DNA of 64,000 bases from Sedimenticola sp. (GCA_026196475.1 JAPHTA010000014.1:934-64933), one strand, 5' to 3'; counted from the stretch's first letter, positions 10,772 to 21,043 are shown. Translations and numbers: made by a program. The notes: generated by a model not told the origin, from the sequence alone.

Positions 10772-12385
10772 ATGAGCATGAGCTATACCACCACCGTCAA
10801 TGACCCGGCTCACCACGACCACACACCGACCGGCTGGCGTCGCTGGCTGCTGAGCACCAATCACAAGGATATCGGAACTCTCTACCTGCTGTTCGCCCTG
10901 GCCATGCTGTTCATGGGAGGGGCCAGCGCCATGCTGATCCGCGCCGAGCTGTTCCAGCCCGGCATCCAGCTTCTGGATCCTGATCTCTACAACAACCTGG
11001 TCACCAACCACGCCCTGCTGATGATCTTCGGCGCCGTGATGCCGGCCGCAGCGGGACTCGCCAACTGGATGATCCCGCTGATGATCGGCGCCCCGGACAT
11101 GGCGCTGCCGCGCATGAACAATCTCAGCTTCTGGATTCTGCCGGCCGCTGGCACCATGCTGATCCTCTCATTCGTGGTCCCCTTCTTCCCCGGTGGCGGG
11201 ACCCAGATCAATACCGGCTGGACGCTCTATCCTCCGCTTTCGGTGCAGGTCGGCATGTCGATGGATTTCCTGATCTTTGCCATCCACCTGCTGGGCATCT
11301 CCTCGGTGCTCGCATCGATCAACATCATCGTTACCCTGCTCAACATGCGGGCGCCGGGCATGACCATAATGAAGATGCCGATCTTCTGCTGGACCTGGCT
11401 GGTCACCGCCTTCCTGCTGATCCTGGTAGTCCCGGTACTGGCCGGTGGCGTGACCATGCTGCTGTTTGATCGTCATTTCGGCACCAGCTTCTTCGACGCC
11501 GCCGGCGGTGGCGACCCGGTGCTGTTCCAGCACCTGTTCTGGTTCTTCGGACATCCCGAGGTCTACGTTCTGCTGCTGCCCTCGATCGGCGTGCTTTCGC
11601 ACGTGATACCCACCTTCGCACGCAAGCCACTGTTCGGTTACAAGTCCATGGTTGGTGCCATGATCGCGGTCGGCACCATCGGCATGGTGGTGTGGGCCCA
11701 TCACCAGTACACCATCGGTATGTCTCTTGGCGCGGTGACTTACTTCATGGTAGGCACCATCATCATCTCGATTCCGGTCGGACTGATGATCTTCAACTTC
11801 ATCGCCACCATGTGGCGTGGCGCCATGACCTTCGAGACACCCATGCTGTTCGCGGTAGCGATCATCCTGATGTTCACCTTCGGCGGGCTCAGTGGCGTGA
11901 TGCTGGCCGTGGTGCCCGCCGACATGCAGTACCACGACAGCATGTTCGTAGTGGCCCACTTCCACTACGTGCTGATGCCGGGCGCGGTGTTCGGCCTGTT
12001 CGCCGGGGTCTTCTACTGGCTGCCGAAGTGGACCGGACACATGTACGACGAGCGACTGGCCAAAATCTTTTTCTGGATCAACGTGATTGGCTTTAACCTC
12101 ACCTTCTTCCCGCAGCACTTCCTGGGGCTTGCCGGGATGCCACGCAGGATTATCGACTACAACGTGATGTTTACCGAGTTCAACGCAATCTCCAGCATCG
12201 GTGCCATGATCTTCGGTTTCAGTCACCTGCTGTTCCTTTACATCATCATCAAGACTATTCGCGGTGGCGAACCGGCAACCAGCCGGGTGTGGGAGGGAGC
12301 GAAGGGCCTGGAGTGGGAGGTTGCATCGCCACCTCCGTTCCACACCTGGGAGAGCCCGCCGAAGATCGGCAAGGAGGTCGCATGA
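10772..12385 (+). CDS. ctaD: Cytochrome c oxidase subunit I (A-family, aa3 type)
   Basis: Canonical motifs FWFFGHPEVY, WAHHQYT and VVAHFHYV are all present. The start is set at the ATG after GGAGCAG, immediately following the coxB stop. Confidence 0.95.
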   Translation: MSMSYTTTVNDPAHHDHTPTGWRRWLLSTNHKDIGTLYLLFALAMLFMGGASAMLIRAELFQPGIQLLDPDLYNNLVTNHALLMIFGAVMPAAAGLANWMIPLMIGAPDMALPRMNNLSFWILPAAGTMLILSFVVPFFPGGGTQINTGWTLYPPLSVQVGMSMDFLIFAIHLLGISSVLASINIIVTLLNMRAPGMTIMKMPIFCWTWLVTAFLLILVVPVLAGGVTMLLFDRHFGTSFFDAAGGGDPVLFQHLFWFFGHPEVYVLLLPSIGVLSHVIPTFARKPLFGYKSMVGAMIAVGTIGMVVWAHHQYTIGMSLGAVTYFMVGTIIISIPVGLMIFNFIATMWRGAMTFETPMLFAVAIILMFTFGGLSGVMLAVVPADMQYHDSMFVVAHFHYVLMPGAVFGLFAGVFYWLPKWTGHMYDERLAKIFFWINVIGFNLTFFPQHFLGLAGMPRRIIDYNVMFTEFNAISSIGAMIFGFSHLLFLYIIIKTIRGGEPATSRVWEGAKGLEWEVASPPPFHTWESPPKIGKEVA

Positions 12386-12522
12386 ACCGGCAACAGGATG
12401 ACCTGAAACGAAGGAACATCCGGCTTGCACTGCTGTTTGGTGGATTCGCCCTGCTGGTGTTCGCCACCTCGTTCCCGTTCTGGCAGAACATTTTCAAGGT
12501 TCTCGGGAGCGCGACCCGGTGA
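12382..12522 (+). CDS. Small single-pass membrane protein in the cox operon (46 aa)
   Basis: An ATGA overlap links it to the ctaD stop and a GTGA overlap links it to the ctaG start. It has one hydrophobic helix (LALLFGGFALLVFATSFPFW). Confidence 0.5.
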   Translation: MNRQQDDLKRRNIRLALLFGGFALLVFATSFPFWQNIFKVLGSATR

Positions 12523-13112
12523 ACAGCGAGAGCAACCCGCTGGCCCGAAAGAAGCAACGTACCGTATGGCTGCTATCGCTGCTGGTACTGGGAATGTTCG
12601 GTTTCGGCTTCGCCCTGGTGCCGCTCTACGACCTGCTTTGCCAGGTCACCGGCATCCAGTCGGTGAACGTGAGAAACGCCACCATAAACCGGGCCGAGGT
12701 GTCACAGGCAGATAAACCGCAAGGGATTCAAAGCCGCACGATCACCATCAAGTTTGACACCTCGGTACATCCCAGCCTGCCGTGGGAGTTCGAGCCGATG
12801 CAGCGCAACCTGAAGGTTCACCCGGGACAGCTCTACCAGGTCAACTTCAGTGCCCGTAACCGTAGCAGCGAATCGATCACCGGGCAGGCCATCCCCAGTG
12901 TAGCTCCTTGGCAGGCAACACCGTTTCTCAACAAGCTGGAGTGTTTCTGCTTCAACCAGCAGACGCTTGCGGGCGGCGAATCGGTTGAAATGCCACTCAA
13001 GTTCATGATCTCGAACGACCTGCCCGACGAGGTCCGTTCGCTGACCCTTTCCTACAGCCTGATGAAGCTGGTGCAGCCTGCCGGGAACGCAAGCAGCGGC
13101 AGGAAAGGCTGA
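12519..13112 (+). CDS. ctaG: Cytochrome c oxidase assembly protein CtaG/Cox11
   Basis: It has the Cox11 copper motif LECFCFNQQTL and an N-terminal membrane anchor, and it sits between subunit I and subunit III. Confidence 0.85.
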   Translation: MNSESNPLARKKQRTVWLLSLLVLGMFGFGFALVPLYDLLCQVTGIQSVNVRNATINRAEVSQADKPQGIQSRTITIKFDTSVHPSLPWEFEPMQRNLKVHPGQLYQVNFSARNRSSESITGQAIPSVAPWQATPFLNKLECFCFNQQTLAGGESVEMPLKFMISNDLPDEVRSLTLSYSLMKLVQPAGNASSGRKG

Positions 13113-13142
13113 CCGGTCGCCCAACCAGAGGAATCACGACCC

Positions 13143-14015
13143 ATGTCGACACCACAACAACAAGACGCCTACTTCATACCGGAACCGAGCCCGTGGCCGA
13201 TAATCGGCATGCTATCACTGCTGACCACGTTGATAGGTGCGGTGCTCGCAATGAATGGCGTGATGGTCGGCAAGTTTCTGGTGATCGGCGGCCTGCTTCT
13301 GTTCGCCTATTTGCTCTATGGCTGGTTCCGTGACGTGGTTTCGGAAAACCTGGCCGACCGCTACAACCGCCAGGTGGACCGCTCCTTCCGCATGGGGATG
13401 TTCTGGTTCATCGCCTCCGAGGTGTTCTTCTTCCTTGCCTTCTTCGGCGCCCTTTTCTACATCCGCAATGTGGCACTGCCCTGGCTGGGCGGCGAAGGCT
13501 ACCTTGGGGTGACCCGGGAGATCCTTTACAGCCAGTTCGACCCGATGTGGCCAAGCCATGGACCGGGCGAGCTGGGCGGCCAGTTCCAACCGATGGGGGC
13601 CTGGGGAATCCCGGCTATCAATACCCTGCTGCTGCTCTCCAGTGGTGCGACCATCACCTGGGCTCACTGGGGACTGAAAAAGGATGATAACCGGACCCTG
13701 GTGAGAGGACTGGTCGCAACCATCACTCTGGGCCTGCTGTTTGTCGGTTTCCAGGCCTACGAGTACATCCACGCCTACGGCGATCTCAACCTGACCCTGC
13801 AGTCCGGGGTCTACGGCTCCACCTTCTACATGCTGACCGGGTTCCACGGCTTTCACGTGACCATGGGAGCGATCATGCTGATGGCGATCCTGGGGCGTAG
13901 TATGAAGGGGCACTTCAGTGCCCATAACCACTTCGCCTTCGAGGCCGTGGCCTGGTACTGGCATTTTGTGGACGTGGTATGGCTGGGCCTGTTTATCTTC
14001 GTCTACTGGTTTTAG
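13143..14015 (+). CDS. coxC: Cytochrome c oxidase subunit III
   Basis: This 7-TM protein has subunit III motifs (FYMLTGFHGFHVTMG, AVAWYWHFVDVVWL). Confidence 0.92.
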   Translation: MSTPQQQDAYFIPEPSPWPIIGMLSLLTTLIGAVLAMNGVMVGKFLVIGGLLLFAYLLYGWFRDVVSENLADRYNRQVDRSFRMGMFWFIASEVFFFLAFFGALFYIRNVALPWLGGEGYLGVTREILYSQFDPMWPSHGPGELGGQFQPMGAWGIPAINTLLLLSSGATITWAHWGLKKDDNRTLVRGLVATITLGLLFVGFQAYEYIHAYGDLNLTLQSGVYGSTFYMLTGFHGFHVTMGAIMLMAILGRSMKGHFSAHNHFAFEAVAWYWHFVDVVWLGLFIFVYWF

Positions 14016-14018
14016 GGC

Positions 14019-14234
14019 CTAGAGCCCATGCGGCTGCAACATGCCGCTGAAGTAGCCGAGTATCAGCAGGGAAAAGAGCACGAACGAGAGGACAATACGA
14101 ACGGTTAGCGCCCTGACCACCCGGGTGCGGTCGTTTTTTCCATCGTCCTTGTTCAGGTAGTACATACCCTGGAACAGGGATGCAACAATAAATATGAGTA
14201 GCAGTATGACTGGCAGCTTGAAGAACAGATCCAT
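14019..14234 (-). CDS. Small two-helix membrane protein (DUF2909-like)
   Basis: The internal start MDLFFKLPVILLLIFIV gives a ~71-aa protein with two hydrophobic helices, in the usual position inside proteobacterial cox clusters. Confidence 0.55.
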   Translation of the reverse strand: MDLFFKLPVILLLIFIVASLFQGMYYLNKDDGKNDRTRVVRALTVRIVLSFVLFSLLILGYFSGMLQPHGL

Positions 14235-14306
14235 GACATTCCCTCCCTTCTCGGGAAGTGTAACGGGGCCCATCAGCCGGACGCGCCCATGAGGGAACTA
14301 TAGACC

Positions 14307-15035
14307 GTGATCAATCTCTCCACATTCCAGTTTCAGCCGACCCTGATCAACAGCCTGTTGATCCTCGGCATCATGCTGCCACTGTTCCTGAGTCTCGGTT
14401 TCTGGCAGATCGACCGGGCTCAGCAGAAACGGACACTGGCCAACACCATGGAGAGCCGGCGTAAACTGCCCCCGGCAGTCCTGGACCGGCCGCTCTCTGC
14501 CGGGGAAGCGGCTTTTCGTTCCTTTATTGCACAGGGTGAATTCATTGCCGATGGCCAGGTTCTGATTGCCAACCGCAAGCATCTTGGTAAAAACGGGTTT
14601 CATGTCATTACCCCGTTGCGTATCGACAACAGCAACCGGATCCTGCTGGTCAACCGGGGCTGGGTGGCGGCGGAGAGAAACCGCCCCCCTGTCGTGGAGA
14701 CACCTACCGGCCGCGTCACCCTGACTGGCGAGGCCACGACCCCTTCGCCGCCGGCTATCGAGCTGGAGTTCGATACTCACCAGTCTAACATCTGGCCCTA
14801 CCTGACCCTGCCCAACTACCGCGCCTGGTCGGGCCGGGAGACGCTGCCGTTTATCCTGCTCCTCTCACCCGACTCGGCGCACGGATTCGTGCGTGCCTGG
14901 GAACAGGCGCGACCGGGGCCCGGCATGCATCTTGGATATGCGGTACAGTGGTTTGCCTTTGCCTTTGTCTCTCTTATGTTCTGGCTGCGGCTGTCGCTGC
15001 GACGGCGGGACAGCAACGCGGAGGTGGGGTCATGA
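14307..15035 (+). CDS. SURF1 family cytochrome oxidase biogenesis protein
   Basis: It has the SURF1-like N-terminus LSLGFWQIDRAQQK, two terminal TM helices and a GTG start. It lies in the cox cluster. Confidence 0.8.
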   Translation: MINLSTFQFQPTLINSLLILGIMLPLFLSLGFWQIDRAQQKRTLANTMESRRKLPPAVLDRPLSAGEAAFRSFIAQGEFIADGQVLIANRKHLGKNGFHVITPLRIDNSNRILLVNRGWVAAERNRPPVVETPTGRVTLTGEATTPSPPAIELEFDTHQSNIWPYLTLPNYRAWSGRETLPFILLLSPDSAHGFVRAWEQARPGPGMHLGYAVQWFAFAFVSLMFWLRLSLRRRDSNAEVGS

Positions 15036-15640
15036 ACCGGTCTCCGGACAGACGACGTGGGCAATTCACCCTGGTCCTGCTGGTCCTGCTGTTCGGACTG
15101 CCACCCCTGGCAGGCTGGCTCTTTTATGTTAATCCGCAATGGCTGCCGGACGGGCGCAAAAACCATGGCGTACTGATCTCGCCACCACGCCCCCTGACCT
15201 CCCTGCCGTTGCAGGAAAATGACAACACCCCGTTCGACTGGAACTCCCTGAAGGGACACTGGACGCTGGTCTACCACAACCGGGGAACCTGCGACGCCCC
15301 CTGCCAGGCCCAGCTGCAGCGCCTGCAGCAGATCCGGCGGGCAGTCGGTGGCGAACGCTTTCGAATTCAACGCCTGTTGATACAGGAAGGCCCGACTCTC
15401 AGCAGTAACAGCACGGCCGAAGTACAACAAGGCACCGGCACCCGGGTGCTTTATCTCGATCCCTCACAGCACACGGCGTTCGAACAACTGTTCACCATTC
15501 CCGGAAGAGACGCGGAACCCGCCACCTACCTGGTGGATCCGAACGGGATGCTGATGATGGCGCACGGCCACGAACAGCCGGCGAAAGAGATTCTGCAGGA
15601 CCTTGAGTTTCTGCTCAAGGCATCACGAAACTGGATATAA
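15032..15640 (+). CDS. Membrane-anchored thioredoxin/SCO-like protein (CxxxC)
   Basis: An ATGA overlap joins it to the SURF1 stop. It has an N-terminal anchor and a TCDAPC motif placed like the SCO CxxxC site. Confidence 0.55.
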   Translation: MNRSPDRRRGQFTLVLLVLLFGLPPLAGWLFYVNPQWLPDGRKNHGVLISPPRPLTSLPLQENDNTPFDWNSLKGHWTLVYHNRGTCDAPCQAQLQRLQQIRRAVGGERFRIQRLLIQEGPTLSSNSTAEVQQGTGTRVLYLDPSQHTAFEQLFTIPGRDAEPATYLVDPNGMLMMAHGHEQPAKEILQDLEFLLKASRNWI

Positions 15641-15650
15641 GGAGTCGACT

Positions 15651-16571
15651 ATGGCTACAGGTGAACTCTCGATCAGAAACCAGGAAGGTATCACCTGGCG
15701 GCACTACTACGAGATGACCAAGCCGAAGATCATCCTGCTGATCGCCTTCACGGCGTTGGTTGGCATGCTGCTCTCGACACCCGGGATAGTACCCTGGCAA
15801 CCGTTACTGTTCGGTCTGGCGGGTATCTCTCTGGCAGCGGCCTGCGGCGCGGTAGTAAACCATATCATCGACCAGCGTATCGACGCCCTGATGGAGCGCA
15901 CCAGTCGACGACCGTTTCCCAGTGGTGAGATGGACACCCCGCACGCGGTCAGCTTCGCCCTGCTGCTGGGCGTCGCCTCGATGCTGCTGCTGGGTGTGCT
16001 GGTCAACCTGCTGACTGCGGCACTCACCTTTCTCGCCCTGATCGGCTACGCCTTCATCTACACCCTCTACCTGAAGAGGAACACACCGCAGAACATCGTC
16101 TGGGGCGGCCTGGCAGGTGCGGCGCCTCCCCTGCTCGGCTGGTGTGCGATCACCAACAGCGTACCGATGGAGGCTTTTCTGCTGCTACTGATCATCTTCG
16201 TCTGGACACCGCCCCACTTCTGGCCCCTGGCCATTCACCGCCGCGACGAGTATGCCCGGGCCAATGTCCCCATGCTCCCGGTAACCCACGGTATTCGCTT
16301 TACCAAGCAGCAGATCCTGCTCTACAGCCTGATGCTGCTGGCAGTCTCCCTGATGCCGTTCATGATCCGCATGAGTGGCTATATCTACCTGGCAGGGGCC
16401 CTGCTACTGGGTGGAGGGTTTGTCTACCACGCCTTCGTACTGTGGCGGGGGGAAGGCAGACAGCACGCCATGAAGACCTTCGGCTACTCCATCTTCTACC
16501 TCAGCATGCTGTTCGCCCTGCTACTGACCGATCACTACCTGGTACTGTTTTTTCCGGTACTGGGCGCCTGA
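15651..16571 (+). CDS. cyoE: Protohaem IX farnesyltransferase (haem O synthase), copy 1
   Basis: UbiA-family motifs are present (NHIIDQRIDALMERTSRRP, WTPPHFWPLAI). The ATG at 15651 follows AAGGAG. Confidence 0.9.
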   Translation: MATGELSIRNQEGITWRHYYEMTKPKIILLIAFTALVGMLLSTPGIVPWQPLLFGLAGISLAAACGAVVNHIIDQRIDALMERTSRRPFPSGEMDTPHAVSFALLLGVASMLLLGVLVNLLTAALTFLALIGYAFIYTLYLKRNTPQNIVWGGLAGAAPPLLGWCAITNSVPMEAFLLLLIIFVWTPPHFWPLAIHRRDEYARANVPMLPVTHGIRFTKQQILLYSLMLLAVSLMPFMIRMSGYIYLAGALLLGGGFVYHAFVLWRGEGRQHAMKTFGYSIFYLSMLFALLLTDHYLVLFFPVLGA

Positions 16572-17923
16572 TCGGCCACAGGCCGACGCCCCCGGTAAAA
16601 CGCAAGTAGCATGATCCAGACAAAAAGGATGCCCCCGAGCACCGCCAGCAGACCACCGATGCCCATGATCCCCATGGCCAGCTTGGCCGGGATCGATTCC
16701 AACCCCTGGGCGGCACCGGCGGTCTTGCGTTGAATACCCATGAAACCGGAGAGCGCCAGGCCGCCGATATGCAGCAGCTGACCGCTGCCGTAGAGGATCG
16801 GCTGCAGCGTGGCCAGGCGGCCCTCTACTGCCTCGTAACCCAGCGCCGGCAGCAGCAGGTAGGCGAGCCCCATGAGGGCCAGCGTGACGCCCACGATCGA
16901 GCCGTGGTAATGGGCCGGGATCACCGTATTGACACCGGAGATCAGTATCGCCAGGATTCCGCCGGCTCCGAACAGCAACAGGGAGAACCAGAGCGCCATG
17001 CGCAGGGGTCGCTGCTCCGCGCCGCCCTGCAGAGCTGGACCCCGAAACAGCGCGTAGAGCACCAGCAATCCCACGGGCACGGCGGGGATGCCGCCGCCAA
17101 ACTGCATCAGCCGGGTGAAGGCAACACGCATTTCGGCCGACACCGGGTCGTACTGCGCATAGATCACCAGCGCCCAGAGTACGGGCAGCAGACCGAGCAG
17201 CAGCAGGCCGTTGATGAGCCTGGGAGAGAACGGGATCTCCGTGCCGCTACCGCGCAACAGCATCAGCCAGGCCAGCAGCAGCATCTGGGTATAGGCGAAC
17301 TGCAGCAGGTGACCGCCACCCCAGAACAGGTACTCGTAGAAGGCGGTGCCATCCAGCCCCGGCGGCATCCCGATCCAGGTATGGATAATCGCCAGCAGGG
17401 CACCGAACACCGCCACCGCGACGGTGAAAGCCACCACCTGGCGCTCACCGCTGACCGGACTGAACCAGGCCGCCGGGCGCAGGCGTGGCAACAACAGGAC
17501 CAGGCGCAGCACCACGCCCATACCCACCAGGGCCAGGGCAACAAAGAACAGCGGACGCTGCAGCACCGGTATGTAGTTGTTCATCAAAGGAGCACCCTCA
17601 CCGACAAAGGCTGCGCCGGCAATACCCAGGGTGCCGGCCAGGCTGAGCCAGAAGGCGATATCACCAAACAGGCGTCCGCTGGCAGCGGTGAGGGAACAGA
17701 TCACACCGGCCATGGCCAGGAACCAGATCAGCACCGACTGATCCACGTGTACCACCAGGGCGGTGCGAAAGAAATCGATCCAGGGGAACCAGTCGCCGGT
17801 GACCGGTGCCCGGGAGAGGACCAGCAGGATCGCGAACAGGCCGGCCAGGGCCAGCGCAAAGACGCCCAACAGCAGCCAGCGGACCACTTCACGCCGTTGC
17901 GGTCCGTTCAGGTACTCAATCAC
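16535..17923 (-). CDS. Polytopic membrane protein with partial haem-copper-oxidase subunit I-like motifs
   Basis: It has ~12 predicted helices and motifs resembling HCO helix II (VVHVDQSVLIWF), helix VI (FWGGGHLLQF) and helix X (IPAHYHG). It has no helix VII HH pair. The start is uncertain: the track start is TTG at 17989, and I prefer the GTG at 17923. Confidence 0.5.
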   Translation of the reverse strand: MIEYLNGPQRREVVRWLLLGVFALALAGLFAILLVLSRAPVTGDWFPWIDFFRTALVVHVDQSVLIWFLAMAGVICSLTAASGRLFGDIAFWLSLAGTLGIAGAAFVGEGAPLMNNYIPVLQRPLFFVALALVGMGVVLRLVLLLPRLRPAAWFSPVSGERQVVAFTVAVAVFGALLAIIHTWIGMPPGLDGTAFYEYLFWGGGHLLQFAYTQMLLLAWLMLLRGSGTEIPFSPRLINGLLLLGLLPVLWALVIYAQYDPVSAEMRVAFTRLMQFGGGIPAVPVGLLVLYALFRGPALQGGAEQRPLRMALWFSLLLFGAGGILAILISGVNTVIPAHYHGSIVGVTLALMGLAYLLLPALGYEAVEGRLATLQPILYGSGQLLHIGGLALSGFMGIQRKTAGAAQGLESIPAKLAMGIMGIGGLLAVLGGILFVWIMLLAFYRGRRPVADQAPSTGKNSTR

Positions 17924-17997
17924 TTGTATCCCGCTCCCGTCAGCTATATAACCGGGATACCTATAACAACAAACAGGTACAGACCACAACTTCGGAT

Positions 17998-19020
17998 ATG
18001 TTGAACGGCTCCCTGAGACAAGCCCGCTACGCCCTGCTGGTCACCCTGCTCAGCCTGTCGGTGATCCTGCTGGGTGCCTATGTACGCCTGTCCGATGCCG
18101 GGCTTGGCTGTCCCGACTGGCCCGGCTGCTACGGACAACTGACGGCACCGGACAGCGAGGCGGAGATTGCCTCCGCCAACAGCGCCTACCCGCATCGCCC
18201 CGTGGAGTCGCACAAGGCCTGGAAAGAGATGGCGCACCGTTACCTTGCTGGCACTCTCGGTCTGGCCATCCTGCTGCTGGCAATCAGCACCTGGCGCAAC
18301 CGGCATCTCGCGCAACAACCGTTGCTGCTGGCCTGGCTGTTGCTCCTGGTGGTCCTGTTCCAGGCCGCACTCGGCATGTGGACCGTCGCCCTGCTGGTCA
18401 AGCCGGCCATCGTCACCGCCCACCTTCTGGGCGGGTTTGCCACCCTGGCCCTGCTCTGGATGGTAACCCTTCGCCTGTATGCCCCCCACTGCGACCGCCA
18501 CGTCATCAACCAGCCTGCACACCTGCTCTGGTTGAGCAGGATAGGCCTGCTGATCCTGCTGCTGCAGATCACCCTGGGCGGCTGGACCAGCACCAACCAT
18601 GCCGCCATCGGCTGCACCGAATTTCCCACCTGTCACTCCGGGCTCTGGTGGCCGGAGATGGCGTTCCGGGAAGCCTTCACCCTGTGGCACGGTATTGGTA
18701 TCAACTACGAGTACGGCATTCTCAGCGCCGGGGCGCGCAGCGCCATCCATACGGTGCATCGAATCGGTGCCCTGCTGACCGTTCTCTACCTGCTGTGGCT
18801 GGGCCGTCAACTCTACCGGCGGGGCCGTACAGCGGTGACCCAGCAACTGGCGATCGCCATCTTACTGCTGCTGATGCTGCAAGTGGTCCTGGGCATAAGC
18901 AATGTGCTGGCCAATTTGCCGCTGGCGGTCGCGGTGGCCCACAACGGTGTTGCTGCACTATTGATGCTGGCCCTGCTGACCGCCACCTGGCAGTTAAAGC
19001 GCGCCTACCGAACCCTCTAG
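17998..19020 (+). CDS. ctaA: Haem A synthase (COX15/CtaA)
   Basis: The N-terminus after the internal ATG reads LGAYVRLSDAGLGCPDWPGCYG, a COX15 signature, in a polytopic protein with conserved His residues. Confidence 0.85.
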   Translation: MLNGSLRQARYALLVTLLSLSVILLGAYVRLSDAGLGCPDWPGCYGQLTAPDSEAEIASANSAYPHRPVESHKAWKEMAHRYLAGTLGLAILLLAISTWRNRHLAQQPLLLAWLLLLVVLFQAALGMWTVALLVKPAIVTAHLLGGFATLALLWMVTLRLYAPHCDRHVINQPAHLLWLSRIGLLILLLQITLGGWTSTNHAAIGCTEFPTCHSGLWWPEMAFREAFTLWHGIGINYEYGILSAGARSAIHTVHRIGALLTVLYLLWLGRQLYRRGRTAVTQQLAIAILLLLMLQVVLGISNVLANLPLAVAVAHNGVAALLMLALLTATWQLKRAYRTL

Positions 19021-19053
19021 AGATCATCCCGACATGCGAATTCAACCGACACA

Positions 19054-19734
19054 ATGGACAAGCCGATGAGTGCCGGCCAGGAGAACAGAATAAACAAGGT
19101 CTGGGTGCTGCCCTTAACACTTCTGGCGCTGTTGCTCGGCATTACCGCCTATCTTCTTCTGTTGCCGGGTGAAAAGACGTCACCCGATAGACTGACAACC
19201 GTATCACTTGAAAGTGGAACCCTGATTCCCCGGACCCGTCCAATGACGCCCTTCGCCCTCACCGACCACCGGGGTCGTCCTTTCACCCAGTCCTCGGTAC
19301 AGGGACACTGGCGGCTGCTGTCGTTCGGCTACACCCACTGCCCGGACATCTGTCCCACCACCCTGGCGATGCTGGCGCGGCTGGATGACCAGCTACGGCA
19401 ACAGGCTCCGGAAATCGATATCCGTACGGCCTTTGTCAGCATAGACCCGGAACGGGATACAGAGGAGGTTCTGGCCGACTACGTGCCCTACTTCAACCCC
19501 GATTTTATCGGCGTCACCGGTAGCCCGCCGGAAATCGAAAAGCTCACCGGGCAACTGGGGATACTGTTTCAACGGGTGGACGGCGAGAACAGCGAAATGG
19601 GCTACCTGATGGATCACTCGGCCAGCATCATCCTTCTTAATCCGCAGGGAGAGTTCCAGGCAGTGTTTGGTGCCCCACACCAGGTAAATGCAATGGCGCG
19701 GGACCTGCAGACCCTGGTTCAGCAGCACCCCTGA
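19054..19734 (+). CDS. SCO1/SenC family copper chaperone
   Basis: It has the FGYTHCPDICP CxxxC motif, the downstream DHS histidine and an N-terminal anchor. Confidence 0.88.
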   Translation: MDKPMSAGQENRINKVWVLPLTLLALLLGITAYLLLLPGEKTSPDRLTTVSLESGTLIPRTRPMTPFALTDHRGRPFTQSSVQGHWRLLSFGYTHCPDICPTTLAMLARLDDQLRQQAPEIDIRTAFVSIDPERDTEEVLADYVPYFNPDFIGVTGSPPEIEKLTGQLGILFQRVDGENSEMGYLMDHSASIILLNPQGEFQAVFGAPHQVNAMARDLQTLVQQHP

Positions 19735-19757
19735 TACTCTGGTATCCTCTGCCCACC

Positions 19758-20447
19758 ATGGAACTCCTGCTACCCTATTTAAGCGCCTTTGTCGTCGGCC
19801 TGCTCGGCGGCGTCCACTGTATCGGCATGTGTGGTGGCATTGTCAGCGCGCTCACCTTCGGGCTGCCCGAGGAGCGCCGCACCTCGTTCGGCGCCCAGCT
19901 CCCGTTTCAGCTCGCCTACAACCTGGGCCGCATCCTCAGCTACGTGGTGGCTGGTGCCATCATGGGGGGACTGGGCCTGCTGTTGGCCCAGCTGATGCCG
20001 GTGCAGGTGGCCCAGCAGGTGCTGCTGGCAGTGGCCGGTATCTTCATGATCCTGCTCGGCCTCTACCTGGCGGGCTGGTGGATGGTACTCAACCGGGTGG
20101 AGCAGGCGGGTGGCCTGTTGTGGCGAAGGATTGAACCCCTGGGCAGGCGCCTTCTGCCGGTACATAGCCCGCTGCGCGCACTGACCATCGGCCTGGTCTG
20201 GGGCTGGATTCCCTGCGGCTTGGTCTACACCATGCTGATCAACGCGGTCTCTTCAGGCGGGGCACTGCAGGGGGCCGGCCTGATGCTGGCCTTCGGTCTT
20301 GGCACCCTGCCAAACCTGCTGGCCATCGGCCTGCTGGCGGGCGCCGCGGCCCACCTGGCCCGCTCGCAAACCGCCCGCAGGGTGGCTGGTTTAACGGTAA
20401 TGGCATTCGGCATCTACACCCTCTGGAGCGCGACGCGGTTGATGTGA
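19758..20447 (+). CDS. DsbD_2/TauE-like membrane protein with HCxxMCGG motif
   Basis: The N-terminus is LLGGVHCIGMCGGIV and the protein has six hydrophobic helices. This family often accompanies oxidase metallation genes. Confidence 0.65.
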   Translation: MELLLPYLSAFVVGLLGGVHCIGMCGGIVSALTFGLPEERRTSFGAQLPFQLAYNLGRILSYVVAGAIMGGLGLLLAQLMPVQVAQQVLLAVAGIFMILLGLYLAGWWMVLNRVEQAGGLLWRRIEPLGRRLLPVHSPLRALTIGLVWGWIPCGLVYTMLINAVSSGGALQGAGLMLAFGLGTLPNLLAIGLLAGAAAHLARSQTARRVAGLTVMAFGIYTLWSATRLM

Positions 20448-20530
20448 CGTTGGGTGAGTCACGGGCCGGGATGAGTTCATGTACCGGCTCCATGGGCGAT
20501 TCCATAGCGCTTTCACGGCTGAAGCCTTTC

Positions 20531-21043
20531 CTACTCCTCCAGCACACGGATATCCGGGTTAGGATAACGTTCGATCATCCGCTTGGGCAGCTTGTGCAGT
20601 GCCGCCTGGTGCAGGGCATCCGACTCCATCAGGATCAGCACCAGCACGGTGACCATCACCGGCAACACCCCGGCACCACCGATCATCGCCATCACCGCCA
20701 CCTCTTTCAGACCGAAGTAGGTGAAACCGATCCAGCCGAGAAGCGCGATAGAACCGAGTACGGTCAACATCAGGATAAACACCCGGCTGCGCGCGGCACA
20801 GATCTGCCAGTGACACATCACGTACCAGGAATCGCGTTTTTTTGATTGGCGGGCCCGCCACAGGGTATAGCCGAGAATCAGGATCGACACCACCGGCACC
20901 AGCGCCAGCGGCTGCCAGTAGGACCGCACCAGTCCCAGCGAGGCGATAAACCAGAGGATATGGTTACCCACCAGGTTGGTGAGGAATATCTCGTGTGGCA
21001 CTTTCGCCTTTTTACTTTCCCGTTCAGAGACCTCAAACTTCAT
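20531..21043 (-). CDS. Hypothetical membrane protein
   Basis: This 170-aa ORF has about 4 TM helices and no recognised family. It is the last high-GC gene before the compositional shift. Confidence 0.45.
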   Translation of the reverse strand: MKFEVSERESKKAKVPHEIFLTNLVGNHILWFIASLGLVRSYWQPLALVPVVSILILGYTLWRARQSKKRDSWYVMCHWQICAARSRVFILMLTVLGSIALLGWIGFTYFGLKEVAVMAMIGGAGVLPVMVTVLVLILMESDALHQAALHKLPKRMIERYPNPDIRVLEE

